Shown here: in pieces, positions 1 through 8,985 of the stretch | Numbering within the stretch: the stretch's first letter is position 1 | How the letters are laid out: each line of letters begins with the position of its first letter | Assembly (NCBI GenBank): GCA_002292025.1 | Contig: DBBC01000108.1 | Location: forward strand, 1-34,617 | Source: Firmicutes bacterium UBA994 | Lineage (GTDB): Bacteria; Bacillota; UBA994 | Length of the DNA: 34,617 bases | Direction of reading: 5' to 3' | Position numbers and translations under genes: made by a program | The notes under the pieces: model-generated | Databases searched by the model: none | The model's input: the letters and a program-made list of their open reading frames with translations, nothing else | Told to the model about the DNA's origin: nothing

Positions 1-1
1 C

Positions 2-1684
2 AACTAGGCGGCCATCCTTTAAGACTAAAATGCAATCCGCCATTCGCACCGAGGCTAAACGATGGGTAACTAGGATGACGGTCTTGCCTTGGGCCAGCTT
101 AGCAAACTGCCGGTAGATCGTGAGCTCGCTCTTGGGGTCAAGTGAGGCGGTAGGTTCGTCTAGGATAAGGATGTCCGCCTCTTCCCTAAAGAAGGCTCTG
201 GCCAGGGCCACCTTTTGCCATTCCCCGCCGGAGAGATCTGTGCCGCCAAACTCTTTACCCAACGGGGTTTCAACCCCTTGTGGAAGGTTCGCCGCGATCG
301 CTTCTGCCCCTGCAGCCTGTAGTGCTCGCAGGAGCCGGTCTTTATCTTCAGCTTTATCCAAATCAGCAAGGGTCACGTTCTCTTGTAGTGTGAGGGCGTA
401 GTTGCCAAAGTCCTGAAATACCGCTCCGACTCGCCTGCGCCATGCTTCAAGGTTGAGCTCGGAAAGCGCCTCTCCGTCTATCACTATCCTCCCCGCAGAT
501 GGGTCGTGAAAGCGGAGGACCAGTTTAACTAAGGTGGTCTTTCCGGCCCCGTTTTCACCCACAAGCGCAACAATCTGTCCGGGGTTGATCCGCAGACTGA
601 CTCCCTCCAGCGCGGTACGACCGTCGGGGTAGGTGAAGCATACGTTCTCGAAAGAAATCCCTTGCATAAGGGGTGTTGCTTGTATCTTAGGGGTAGTTGA
701 CGTGATAAGCGAAGGTGAGCGGTGGAGGAAGCGATTGAATCGCTCCATGTAAAGTAGGGACTGGTAGAGCATTCCCCCGTCTTGGGTCAACATAGAGAGG
801 TTTTGCTGGATCAGTGCTAGGGATTGCACAAAGAAAACTAGGCTGCCGGGACCTTGGTTTTGCCAGAGCAGTCGAAAAAACGCTGCCCCCACCCCAAGCA
901 CACTCAAGAGGGCAAGGAAAATGTTCCCGCCCGCTTGCCGCCACCTGACCAGCCGCATACCGGCATGAAGGCTCTTAAATGCTTGGCTATAGCGCCTCAG
1001 CCAGAACGTGCCCGTATTGAAGAGGCGGTTTTCCTTGGCAAATTCACGGCTGAGGAGGACCTGACTGCAGTACTGCATCCGCCGGGCAACGGGATTGCTT
1101 AGGGCCACAGTCTCCCAAACGCCACGTTGTAGGCGGAGAGAGACCACAGCGTACGGCGCCGCGGCGGCTAGGATGAGCAAGGGAACCCACCAGCCAAGGA
1201 CAGCCAAGAGAAGGAGCAGCGGTATGAGGGCGAGAAAAGCCTGGCTTGCGCTGGTTAGAAAAATAAGCAGGTTGGTAGGTTGGAAAGAGGCCTGCCCCTC
1301 TAGAAGCCGCACCTCATTGTAGAACTCCTCTTCTTCAAAAGGACCTAGGTCTCGGAAGGACTCGATCTTGCGCATGAGGAGAAGATTGAAGTGGGCAGTG
1401 AGTTGCTCATTGATATTGCCTTGCAAAAGCGCGTACAGTGGTCCGAGGATTTGTGCAATAAGAAGCGCCGCCACCCAGAGAGCCCCCCACTGGGCGGCAG
1501 TCACAAACGAGGCTTGACCGGCTAGGGCATCTACCAATTCCCGTACGACAAAGATGCCTAATGCAGGGACTAGCGCTTGTATAGCCAGAACTAAGGCCAA
1601 GCAGAAAGCCTCCTTGGGAGCAGCGCTGACCACCAGTTTCAGGCTGATTAGGAGCAAACGAGGATATTTGATCAGTTTACTCAT
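2..1684 (-). CDS. ABC transporter, fused permease/ATP-binding protein (exporter type); 3' end cut by window edge
   Basis: Absent from the ORF track because there is no stop codon in the window. The minus frame from ATG (1682-1684) stays open to position 2. Walker A GENGAGKT (~536-559), ABC signature LSGGEWQK (~218-235) and Walker B ILILDEP (~155-178) are all in this frame. The N-terminal ~300 aa are hydrophobic (TMD). Confidence 0.85.
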   Translation of the reverse strand, partial: MSKLIKYPRLLLISLKLVVSAAPKEAFCLALVLAIQALVPALGIFVVRELVDALAGQASFVTAAQWGALWVAALLIAQILGPLYALLQGNINEQLTAHFNLLLMRKIESFRDLGPFEEEEFYNEVRLLEGQASFQPTNLLIFLTSASQAFLALIPLLLLLAVLGWWVPLLILAAAAPYAVVSLRLQRGVWETVALSNPVARRMQYCSQVLLSREFAKENRLFNTGTFWLRRYSQAFKSLHAGMRLVRWRQAGGNIFLALLSVLGVGAAFFRLLWQNQGPGSLVFFVQSLALIQQNLSMLTQDGGMLYQSLLYMERFNRFLHRSPSLITSTTPKIQATPLMQGISFENVCFTYPDGRTALEGVSLRINPGQIVALVGENGAGKTTLVKLVLRFHDPSAGRIVIDGEALSELNLEAWRRRVGAVFQDFGNYALTLQENVTLADLDKAEDKDRLLRALQAAGAEAIAANLPQGVETPLGKEFGGTDLSGGEWQKVALARAFFREEADILILDEPTASLDPKSELTIYRQFAKLAQGKTVILVTHRLASVRMADCILVLKDGRLV

Positions 1685-1747
1685 GTGGCGGGACTTTGCT
1701 TGAACATATTCTTAACTCCTTCATATTGCGGTGAAAATGAGGGCTGC

Positions 1748-3148
1748 TCAGTCCTGTTCATGGCGAGGAATGGTCCACACGATTGCCTTGAACTGACGAC
1801 CGCGGTCTTCAAAGTCGCGAAACATATCGAAGCTAGCACAGGCAGGTGATAGCATAACACTGCTACCGGGAAGTGCTTGCCTTTGACACCACTCTACAGC
1901 AGTGGCAAGTGACGTCAGCGTCTCGCGCCGCACGCATCTCCCGGTGGCTTCTTCGACCAGAGAGATTGCCCGGGAAATCTTCCCCGCTGTCTCACCAATA
2001 AGTGCCACGGCACGCACGCGCTCGGCAATAACCTGCGCCAGTTCGTCGAAAGCCACGTGCTTGTCAGAGCCGCCGGCAATAAGCACGATATCGCCGCCTA
2101 TGGTCAGAATACCGGCTATGGTGCGCGTTGGGCTGGTAGCAATCGAATCGTTATAGTACTTTACGCCGTCTATTTCGCGCACAAGTTCGAGGCGGTGCTC
2201 CACAGCGGTAAACTCGGTTACGGCTTTGGCAATCACTGCCATAGGAATATCTTGAACCAAACAAGCTAGCACTGCAGCCGCGATATTCTCCTGGTTGTGC
2301 GTGCCACGCAGTTTAAGGTCACGGGCGTGACAAATGCTTTCCTCCCGCCCCTGCCAGCGCACAGTTAGGTGATCATCGCGCCAGAACACACCTTGCGGAA
2401 GTTCACTCATACGACTGAAAAACACCGCTTTCCCGGGCACTGACGCAGCCATCTCGCGCGTCAGCGCATCGTCATAGTTTAATATGACCCAGTCGCTCGG
2501 CCGTTGATAGCGCCAAATGTTAGCCTTAGCCGCAACATACTCTTCATAGCTTTTATGCACGTCAAGGTGATTAGGCGAGATGTTTGTGATCACTGCCACA
2601 TGGGGACTTTGCCGCATCGGCATAAGCTGGAAACTAGACAGTTCCAAGACCACTCTATCCCCACTCCGAATCGACTCGACCTGCTCAATCAGAGAGTGGC
2701 CTATATTGCCGCCCAAGTATGTCTTCGCGCCGGTCTCCCTGAATACAGCCGCAATCAAAGAAGTCGTGGTAGTTTTGCCGTCGCTCCCGGTGACGGCGGT
2801 GATGGGGGCGGGGCACAACTCGCAAAACAGCTCAATCTCGCTCGTCACGACAGAACCATTTCTAATCGCCGCGCTCAGCTCAGGCATGTCTAGGCGCATG
2901 ACCGGCGTCTTAAAAATAATGTCAAACCCCTTAAGATGCTCGAGGTAATCTCCGCCGAGCCTAAGTTCGACTTTAAGGCCTGCAAGCAGATCTACGACCT
3001 CCGGCATTTCGTGTGCCTGCCGCTGGTCTAACCCCGTAACCTGTGCACCTTTCCCCAGCAGAAAGCGAACCAGCGGCACTCCGCTTCTTAGGCCCAGTCC
3101 TAAGACGGCGGCCTTCGTGCCGTAGAGCGAGGAAGCTAACTTAGTCAT
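1748..3148 (-). CDS. murD: UDP-N-acetylmuramoyl-L-alanine--D-glutamate ligase (MurD)
   Basis: 466-aa ORF with an N-terminal GLGLRSG Rossmann-like motif, Mur-ligase P-loop GSDGKTTTTSLIA, and NISPNHLDVH motif. AAGGAG SD upstream of ATG 3148. Confidence 0.85.
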   Translation of the reverse strand: MTKLASSLYGTKAAVLGLGLRSGVPLVRFLLGKGAQVTGLDQRQAHEMPEVVDLLAGLKVELRLGGDYLEHLKGFDIIFKTPVMRLDMPELSAAIRNGSVVTSEIELFCELCPAPITAVTGSDGKTTTTSLIAAVFRETGAKTYLGGNIGHSLIEQVESIRSGDRVVLELSSFQLMPMRQSPHVAVITNISPNHLDVHKSYEEYVAAKANIWRYQRPSDWVILNYDDALTREMAASVPGKAVFFSRMSELPQGVFWRDDHLTVRWQGREESICHARDLKLRGTHNQENIAAAVLACLVQDIPMAVIAKAVTEFTAVEHRLELVREIDGVKYYNDSIATSPTRTIAGILTIGGDIVLIAGGSDKHVAFDELAQVIAERVRAVALIGETAGKISRAISLVEEATGRCVRRETLTSLATAVEWCQRQALPGSSVMLSPACASFDMFRDFEDRGRQFKAIVWTIPRHEQD

Positions 3149-3232
3149 ATCCGACTCCTTTGCAGTAAAGCTTTTGCCTAGTGCCCCCTGCCGGTCTTGC
3201 GGCTAGGGTGGCCAGTCTGCACGAGGCGGTGC

Positions 3233-3262
3233 AGTATAGGCACGGGCGATATTTGTCGTCAA
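3233..3262 (-). promoter_or_regulatory. candidate sigma-A promoter for murD (-35 TTGACG, 18-nt spacer, -10 TATACT)
   Basis: Read on the minus strand: TTGACG (3257-3262) and TATACT (3233-3238), ~85 nt upstream of the murD ATG. Confidence 0.45.
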
Positions 3263-3298
3263 AGCACTGATATTGGGTAAGCTTTCGCTGCCAAGGTG

Positions 3299-3329
3299 TT
3301 GATATCCTTTTCCCTGCGCGTGATATAAT
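3299..3329 (+). promoter_or_regulatory. candidate promoter for chrA pair (-35 TTGATA, -10 region TGATATAAT)
   Basis: TTGATA at 3299-3304 and TATAAT at 3324-3329. The spacer is 19 nt, or 17 nt to GATATA. Lies just upstream of the chrA SD GAGGAG. Confidence 0.4.
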
Positions 3330-3346
3330 GCTGTTGTAATAGAGGA

Positions 3347-3925
3347 GTGATGGTTTTGGGCAAGCGCAGCACCCTCCGCGCCATATCTTTATTTGGAAGC
3401 TTCTTCAAGGTCGGGGCATTTACTTTTGGTGGCGGCATCGCCATGCTGCCGGTAATTGAACGGGAGATTGTAGAACAAAGACAGTGGCTGTCCACAGAGG
3501 AGTTTGTCGACGTGCTGGCCATAGCGCAATCCGGCCCGGGGGCTATAGCCATCAACACCGCCATTCTCACCGGCCATAAACTACTCGGGCTCAAGGGCGT
3601 TGCTGCCGCTACTGCAGGCGTCGTTGCGCCGTCCTTCCTTATTATCCTCTCTATTGCCGCTCTGCTGCCGCAAGCTGGTCAATCCCCTATTCTTAACGGC
3701 TTCTTTCAAGGCGTGCGCCCTGCGGTAGTCGCGCTGATTGCAGCCGCCGCCATAAAGCTTGGTCAGAAACTCCTTGTGGACAAGTTTAGCCTAGCGCTTG
3801 CGGGCGGCGCGTTACTTATTAGCACATTGCTGAACCCTCATCCCGCTGTACTAATCCTGCTGGCCGCGGGGATAGGGCTTGGCCGCTATCGCTTTTATCA
3901 TAAGGCCAAGCAGGACAAGCGCTGA
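3347..3925 (+). CDS. chrA: chromate transporter (CHR family), N-terminal-type half
   Basis: 192 aa, multi-TM, with the CHR signature FGGGIAMLPVIEREIVEQRQWLSTEEF. The exact start is ambiguous (GTG 3347 / ATG 3350 / TTG 3356). 1-nt overlap (TGATG) with the next gene. Confidence 0.8.
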   Translation: MMVLGKRSTLRAISLFGSFFKVGAFTFGGGIAMLPVIEREIVEQRQWLSTEEFVDVLAIAQSGPGAIAINTAILTGHKLLGLKGVAAATAGVVAPSFLIILSIAALLPQAGQSPILNGFFQGVRPAVVALIAAAAIKLGQKLLVDKFSLALAGGALLISTLLNPHPAVLILLAAGIGLGRYRFYHKAKQDKR

Positions 3926-4443
3926 TGATATTGCTAAGACTACTCGCGAGCTTTTTTACCGTAGGATTCTTTAGTTACGGCGGCGGTTACGCCATGATCC
4001 CATTAATCGAGCGCGAAATCGTACAACGACAACAATGGCTCTCCCCCAAAGAATTCCTTGATATCCTCGCTATCGCTGAGATAACGCCTGGGCCTGTGGC
4101 CATCAACTCGGCCACTTTTGTTGGGTATCGCGTGGCAGGCGTATTCGGTGCCGTGACGGCTACCCTAGGAGTAGTATTTCCTTCCCTGCTGGTTGTCGGG
4201 GTTCTTTCGTACATTTACCTCAGATTTCAAGGCGCGCCACTGGTGAAGTCCGCTTTTGCAGCGGTGAGACCCCTAGTAGTCGTCCTCATATTTATGGCGG
4301 CGGTTAACATCGGCTCGCGTACCATCTATGATGTTTACAGCGCCGCCGCGACGGCCGCCGCGCTTTTCCTAATGCTTAAGACACGCCTTAATCCTATCTT
4401 AGTGCTTGTGCTTTTCGGTGTCCTAGGCGTGGTAGTATTCTAG
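3925..4443 (+). CDS. chrA: chromate transporter (CHR family), C-terminal-type half
   Basis: 172 aa with the paralogous motif YGGGYAMIPLIEREIVQRQQWLSPKEF. Paired short-CHR genes as in B. subtilis ywrA/ywrB. Confidence 0.8.
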   Translation: MILLRLLASFFTVGFFSYGGGYAMIPLIEREIVQRQQWLSPKEFLDILAIAEITPGPVAINSATFVGYRVAGVFGAVTATLGVVFPSLLVVGVLSYIYLRFQGAPLVKSAFAAVRPLVVVLIFMAAVNIGSRTIYDVYSAAATAAALFLMLKTRLNPILVLVLFGVLGVVVF

Positions 4444-4482
4444 GAAGCGGCTCGGAACGTCTACAAGGAAGGTTGATACGAC

Positions 4483-5160
4483 ATGAACATTACGGGACGG
4501 ACATTGACAATATTGCGCCTGACCTGCCTAGTGCTGGCCTTTGTAGTTATCGGTATAGCTATTGATGTGTCGATCAAGGCCAACCTAGGTGTTGGGGCTT
4601 GGACTGTGTTCCACTTAGGCATTGCCCTGCACACTGGGCTGACGCAAGGCCAAGTAAGCCAAGTAGTTGGCTTAGCCATCATTGCGATTAGCTACTTCCT
4701 AGGCATCAAGCCTGCTTTGGGCACGCTGCTTAACATGCTACTCATTGGTTGGTTTTTTGACGCATCTGTTGCCCTAGGCCTTGTCCCCCCTGCAACTTCC
4801 CTTGTGGTGGGCCTTATTTACCTTCTCGCCGCAACTTTGCTTATGGGCTTTGGCGGGGCCATGTACCTGAGCGCCAGCCTTGGTGCCGGTCCACGTGACA
4901 GCCTGATGTTGGCCTTCATTAGGCGCACGGCATGGCCGGTACGCTTTATACGCACGGGGATGGAGATAACGGTGCTGGCCTTGGGCTGGTTGATGGGAGG
5001 TCCGGTGGGATTTGGCACCTTGGTGTTGTCTTTAGGTTTAGGTCCTGCGATGGAACTATTTTTTGAGTTCTTCAGGCGACTCACTACTAGAAGCGAACTT
5101 GCCGGTACCGTTATGTCTGTGCCTGTACCAAAGCAGAGCTCCTTCCTAAAGGTAGGTTAA
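4483..5160 (+). CDS. YczE/YitT-type integral membrane protein
   Basis: 225 aa, ~6 TM. The N-terminal IKANLGVGAWTVFHLGI motif resembles the B. subtilis YczE family. AAGGAAGG SD. Confidence 0.55.
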   Translation: MNITGRTLTILRLTCLVLAFVVIGIAIDVSIKANLGVGAWTVFHLGIALHTGLTQGQVSQVVGLAIIAISYFLGIKPALGTLLNMLLIGWFFDASVALGLVPPATSLVVGLIYLLAATLLMGFGGAMYLSASLGAGPRDSLMLAFIRRTAWPVRFIRTGMEITVLALGWLMGGPVGFGTLVLSLGLGPAMELFFEFFRRLTTRSELAGTVMSVPVPKQSSFLKVG

Positions 5161-5180
5161 ACCACGGGACGGAGAGCGCA

Positions 5181-5221
5181 ACGCGGCATTTGATCCAAGA
5201 AGGACACGAAGAACCTCGTAG
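5181..5221 (+). repeat. degenerate copy of phased-heptamer element (CGGCATTTGATC + CAAGAAG/CACGAAG/CTCGTAG)
   Basis: Heptamers at 5196-5202, 5205-5211 and 5215-5221 (9- and 10-nt phasing), preceded by GCGGCATTTGATC. Compare the copies at 24931-24971 and 34569-34617 (minus). Confidence 0.5.
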
Positions 5222-5255
5222 TTGCAAATTCAATGCGAAAGGAACGATTTTTTAC

Positions 5256-7004
5256 ATGCGTAAGACAAAGATCGTCTGTACTATCGGGCCGGCGAGCTCG
5301 GACCGAGAAATGCTGAGGAATCTAATCCGCGCCGGAATGGATGTTGCTAGGCTTAATTTTTCGCACGGCACGCATGATGAACACTTAGTAAGGCTTAAGG
5401 CCATCCGCGCGGCCGCGGAACTCGAAGGTAAGCATATAGCAATCATGCTTGACACCAAGGGGCCGGAAATCCGCATCGGCACTTTCGCTAACGGGCCCAT
5501 AACTTTATCGGCGGGGGATGTGTTTACGCTGACTACTAAGGCTGTTGCCGGCACCGCCGAGCATGTCAGCGTAACATACCTAGGACTGCCGCAAGACGTA
5601 CGCTCCGGAGACCGCTTACTGCTTGACGATGGCTTGCTGGAGCTTCGAGTCGAAAGCACGACCGATAGTGAAGTGCGTTGCCGCGTAGTTGTGGGCGGGC
5701 CCCTCAGCAACCGCAAGGGGCTCAATGTCCCTGGCAAACGTGTCAACCTGCCGCCCATTTCCCCCCAAGATGAGGCTGATTTGCGGTTTGGCGTAGCGAA
5801 CGAGGTAGACCTGATTGCCGCCTCGTTTATGCGCACCGCCGCTGATGTCATCGCCATCCGCAAGTTCCTCGAGTCGTGCGGCGGGAACATACCGATCATC
5901 GCTAAGATCGAGAACAAGGAAGGCGTTGATAACCTCGATGCCATCCTGAAGGTCGCGGATGGATTTATGGTGGCACGGGGTGATATGGGGGTGGAGTTCC
6001 CGGCAGAGGAAGTACCCCTCATTCAAAAACAAATGATTCACAAAGGTAACGCCGCCGGCAAGCCAGTGATTACGGCCACGCAAATGCTTGACTCCATGAT
6101 TCGCAACCCCCGTCCAACCAGAGCAGAAGCAAGCGATGTCGCCAACGCCGTATTTGATGGCACGGACGCCATTATGCTCTCGGGCGAGACAGCCAGCGGT
6201 AAATATCCCTTAGAGTCGGTAGTGACCATGGCGCGCATCGCCACACGCACCGAACAAGCGCTGGCATATAATTCGGATCACGGCCATAGTTACCAAGCTA
6301 ATGCCACAGTCACAGACGCCATCAGCCACGCTACGGTGCAAGCGGCGTCTCAGCTCACGGCAGCCGCCATTATTACGTCGACACAATCGGGCTGGACGGC
6401 GCGAATGGTGGCCAAGTACCGTCCTAAAGCCCCCGTCATCGCCGTTACCACCAAGGAGGCAACTGCCCGGCGCTTAAACCTATTGTGGGGTGTTTATCCG
6501 GTTTTAGGTGAGACCATCGCCACTACCGACGAGATGATGGACGAAGCAGTTAAGCGGTCGCTTGCGGCAGGCTTGATTAAAAACGGTGACTTGGTGGTCA
6601 TCACCGCCGGGGTTCCCGTGGGTGTACCAGGCACTACCAACTTAATTAAGGTCCACGTAGTGGGGGATGTATTGGCTCGCGGCACCGGCATCGGCGCGCT
6701 AAATGCCGAGGGCAGGGTGTGTATAGCTAATAGCGCGGCGGAAGCCGCAGCCAAACTTCAGGCGGGAGATATCCTCGTAACTGCATCGACAGACCGCGAT
6801 TACATGGAGGCGCTCTCTAAAGCGGGGGGAATTGTCGCCGAAGAAGGCGGCCTAACCTCACATGCGGCCATCGTGGGACTAAACCTTAACAAAGCCACTA
6901 TCATCGGGGTCACAGGTGCGACACAGATTTTAAAGGACGGTCAACTCGTCACACTGGATGGCAGTCGCGGGCTCATCTACAAAGGACACGCTCAGGTGAA
7001 GTGA
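5256..7004 (+). CDS. pyk: pyruvate kinase with C-terminal PEP-utiliser (swivel, TSH) domain
   Basis: MRKTKIVCTIGPAS N-terminus, the MVARGDMGVE motif, and a C-terminal GGLTSHAAIVG phosphohistidine-type domain as in Bacillus/Geobacillus Pyk. The track ORF starts at 5190, but the conserved N-terminus begins at ATG 5256. Confidence 0.9.
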   Translation: MRKTKIVCTIGPASSDREMLRNLIRAGMDVARLNFSHGTHDEHLVRLKAIRAAAELEGKHIAIMLDTKGPEIRIGTFANGPITLSAGDVFTLTTKAVAGTAEHVSVTYLGLPQDVRSGDRLLLDDGLLELRVESTTDSEVRCRVVVGGPLSNRKGLNVPGKRVNLPPISPQDEADLRFGVANEVDLIAASFMRTAADVIAIRKFLESCGGNIPIIAKIENKEGVDNLDAILKVADGFMVARGDMGVEFPAEEVPLIQKQMIHKGNAAGKPVITATQMLDSMIRNPRPTRAEASDVANAVFDGTDAIMLSGETASGKYPLESVVTMARIATRTEQALAYNSDHGHSYQANATVTDAISHATVQAASQLTAAAIITSTQSGWTARMVAKYRPKAPVIAVTTKEATARRLNLLWGVYPVLGETIATTDEMMDEAVKRSLAAGLIKNGDLVVITAGVPVGVPGTTNLIKVHVVGDVLARGTGIGALNAEGRVCIANSAAEAAAKLQAGDILVTASTDRDYMEALSKAGGIVAEEGGLTSHAAIVGLNLNKATIIGVTGATQILKDGQLVTLDGSRGLIYKGHAQVK

Positions 7005-7005
7005 C

Positions 7006-8412
7006 CTAGCTTTGCCGGCGCAGGCAGAACTCACGCGCCAGCGAAACAGCTTGCTCGCGGCTCGTCAAGTTACCCCTAGCCGCCTGTTCACTGAGATAGT
7101 CAATGGTTTCGCCTATCCACCGGCCTCTGGGCAGCTTCAGTTCCTCCATCAGCTCGGGAGCCGTAATGGGGAGCCTAGGATGAATCACTTCGAGTTTCCT
7201 AAACACCCAAGCATCAAGGAATCTCTCCACAGTGCCTACAATTTTTTCATAGTCCCCTGCATGTTGGTGTTGCTCCCCTTTCCCGCGAAAGTCCGCGACC
7301 GCAAACAGCGCCAGCGGAACGCTCTGCTCACCGCAGCGCCGTGCTATGCGGTGCAAGTGACCATTATGGAGGCGCGGCTGCCGCGCTAACTGGGTGAGAT
7401 ACATGTGCCATCGCACAAAGCGTGTCAACGCTTTGGTTTCGGCTTGCGACAACTTAAGCCGCCCTGCTAAGGACCCTGCCATCGCTTGCCCAATCTGTTC
7501 ATGGCGATAAAAAGTGACTTTGCCGTCCTCGCGCAACGCTTGAGTCGGCGGTTTTCCTATATCATGCAAAAGTGCGGCCAGTTTACAGACGGCCTGCAGG
7601 TGAAAGTCAATCTCCGCAAGCTCCGCCTGTATACGGCGCGCGAGCTCTGCGGAAAGGAAGTCCGGGGAGTGCCAAACTTGCACATAGAAGCGAAACACCC
7701 GCCGGGAGTGCTCGTACACGCAGTAGCTGTGGTGTCGGTTCTGTATGACACCTTTGGCGCGGGTAAGTTCCGGCAGCACTGCATCCCATACACCTGCATC
7801 GTCTAGCCAATCAAGGACTGCGGGTGCAGAGAGTTGGTTTAGGATGCGCGCAAATTCAGCCCAGATTCGTTCCCCTGGGCATCCTTTGAGCAAGAAACTA
7901 GCCCGCGCGGCCTGCTGTGAGAGAGAAACCGTCGGACGAAACCCATTCTCCGCCATCAGGCGCGCGGCACGCAAGATACGCACGGCATCGTTGTGCAGAG
8001 CATGGTCATGTGTAGGGGATAACAGCTTATTTATGAGATGTTCTCTGCCGCCGAAGGGGTCATGGATTTTATCCAGTCGCCCGTGCAAGTAGTCGTCAAG
8101 GGAAAGGGCCATAGAGTTTACCGTAAAATCGCGTTGCGCGAGATTTTCCGCTAAATCGCTCGCTAACGGTGATACGTCGCAAGTGGCATTGCTAAGAACG
8201 AACCTATACATTTCTCGCTCTGCGCTGAGAGGAAAGGGCGAGCGTCTAAAGACCTGTGCGATTCTAGCCAATGCATCTTGGAAACAATGCGCAGGCAGTA
8301 ACAGGTCGATGTCTAGGTTTGGCTGTTCACGTCCTAGGAGAAGATCGCGCACTGCCCCACCAACAACTATCACGTCGGCCAAACGGCTTATCTGCCGCAG
8401 CTGTTCGAACAC
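7006..8412 (-). CDS. cca: CCA-adding tRNA nucleotidyltransferase / poly(A) polymerase family protein with HD domain
   Basis: N-terminal VVGGAVRDLLLG...DIDLL nucleotidyltransferase head and a central HD motif LLHDIGKP. GTG start. Confidence 0.75.
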   Translation of the reverse strand: MFEQLRQISRLADVIVVGGAVRDLLLGREQPNLDIDLLLPAHCFQDALARIAQVFRRSPFPLSAEREMYRFVLSNATCDVSPLASDLAENLAQRDFTVNSMALSLDDYLHGRLDKIHDPFGGREHLINKLLSPTHDHALHNDAVRILRAARLMAENGFRPTVSLSQQAARASFLLKGCPGERIWAEFARILNQLSAPAVLDWLDDAGVWDAVLPELTRAKGVIQNRHHSYCVYEHSRRVFRFYVQVWHSPDFLSAELARRIQAELAEIDFHLQAVCKLAALLHDIGKPPTQALREDGKVTFYRHEQIGQAMAGSLAGRLKLSQAETKALTRFVRWHMYLTQLARQPRLHNGHLHRIARRCGEQSVPLALFAVADFRGKGEQHQHAGDYEKIVGTVERFLDAWVFRKLEVIHPRLPITAPELMEELKLPRGRWIGETIDYLSEQAARGNLTSREQAVSLAREFCLRRQS

Positions 8413-8597
8413 TGCTCTCCCTCCATTCTGCGTCTAAAAGTAACTACTCAGCCCTATTCACGGCAGGGAAGAAAACAAAGAGTACCTATTTGTATGCCGG
8501 GGTGCCTGAGTAGAGTGCCTGGGTAGTTCCGTCTAAAGAAACTATAACATAGGCAGTCTCAAAGGTAGAGGGGTCAAGGGGAGGGCAGGACCACGTA

Positions 8598-8626
8598 TTG
8601 ACCCCCCGAAGCGAAAAAAGTATACT
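8598..8626 (+). promoter_or_regulatory. sigma-A promoter of the riboswitch-btu operon (-35 TTGACC, 17 nt, -10 TATACT)
   Basis: TTGACC at 8598-8603 and TATACT at 8621-8626 with an exact 17-nt spacer, immediately 5' of the riboswitch. Confidence 0.7.
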
Positions 8627-8639
8627 TAATGTGTCAATC

Positions 8640-8812
8640 AAATACGCTGTGGGGTGCCCCTAGGCTTTAGGGGTTAAAAGGGAATCAGGTGTAAATCCTG
8701 AGCGGTCCCGCCACTGTAACGGGTAGTGCCTGCATTAACCACTGTTCGCGCGGCGAATGGGAAGGAGCTAGGCGCGTCACTCCCGTAGTCAGGAAACCTG
8801 CCCCAGAGACAA
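8640..8812 (+). promoter_or_regulatory. cobalamin (AdoCbl/B12) riboswitch aptamer
   Basis: Conserved core AAGGGAATCAGGTGTAAATCCTGAGCGGTCCCGCCACTGTAACGGG (8668-8715) and B12 box AGTCAGGAAACCTGCC (8787-8802). Sits upstream of a BtuF/C/D-type transporter. Confidence 0.88.
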
Positions 8813-8871
8813 GACGCCGTCCTTCGGTCGAAAGGACTAGGTCAAAGCTTTGTACTTAGCTTTGCATCAAA

Positions 8872-8908
8872 CCCTCAGCCAGAAGCGGTTGGGGGCTTTA
8901 CTTTTTGT
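8872..8908 (+). terminator. riboswitch expression-platform intrinsic terminator
   Basis: CCCTCAGCC (8872-8880) pairs with GGTTGGGGG (8887-8895): 9 bp including 2 G-U pairs, 6-nt loop, followed by CTTTACTTTTTGT. Confidence 0.6.
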
Positions 8909-8985
8909 CTAAGGAGGCGGTCGTTAAATAAAAAATAAATGCCTAACAAAATTGCGCGCAGAAAGCTATTTTAGGAGGAAAGTAA

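Noticed and set aside
5190-5255. N-terminal extension of the pyruvate kinase ORF (MIQEGHEEPRSCKFNAKGTIFY)
   Set aside because: The conserved Pyk N-terminus (MRKTKIVCTIGP) begins at ATG 5256. The extension covers the heptamer-repeat intergenic element and has no SD.
5252-6022. 256-aa antisense ORF inside pyk, plus similar long shadow ORFs at 10007-10441(-), 13124-13732(+), 15638-16054(+), 19135-19635(+), 23005-23484(+), 25157-25987(+) and 30597-31067(+)
   Set aside because: All lie opposite confidently recognised genes. They have Arg/Ser/Pro/Ala-rich low-complexity translations typical of GC-rich antisense frames, and they have no SD or family resemblance.
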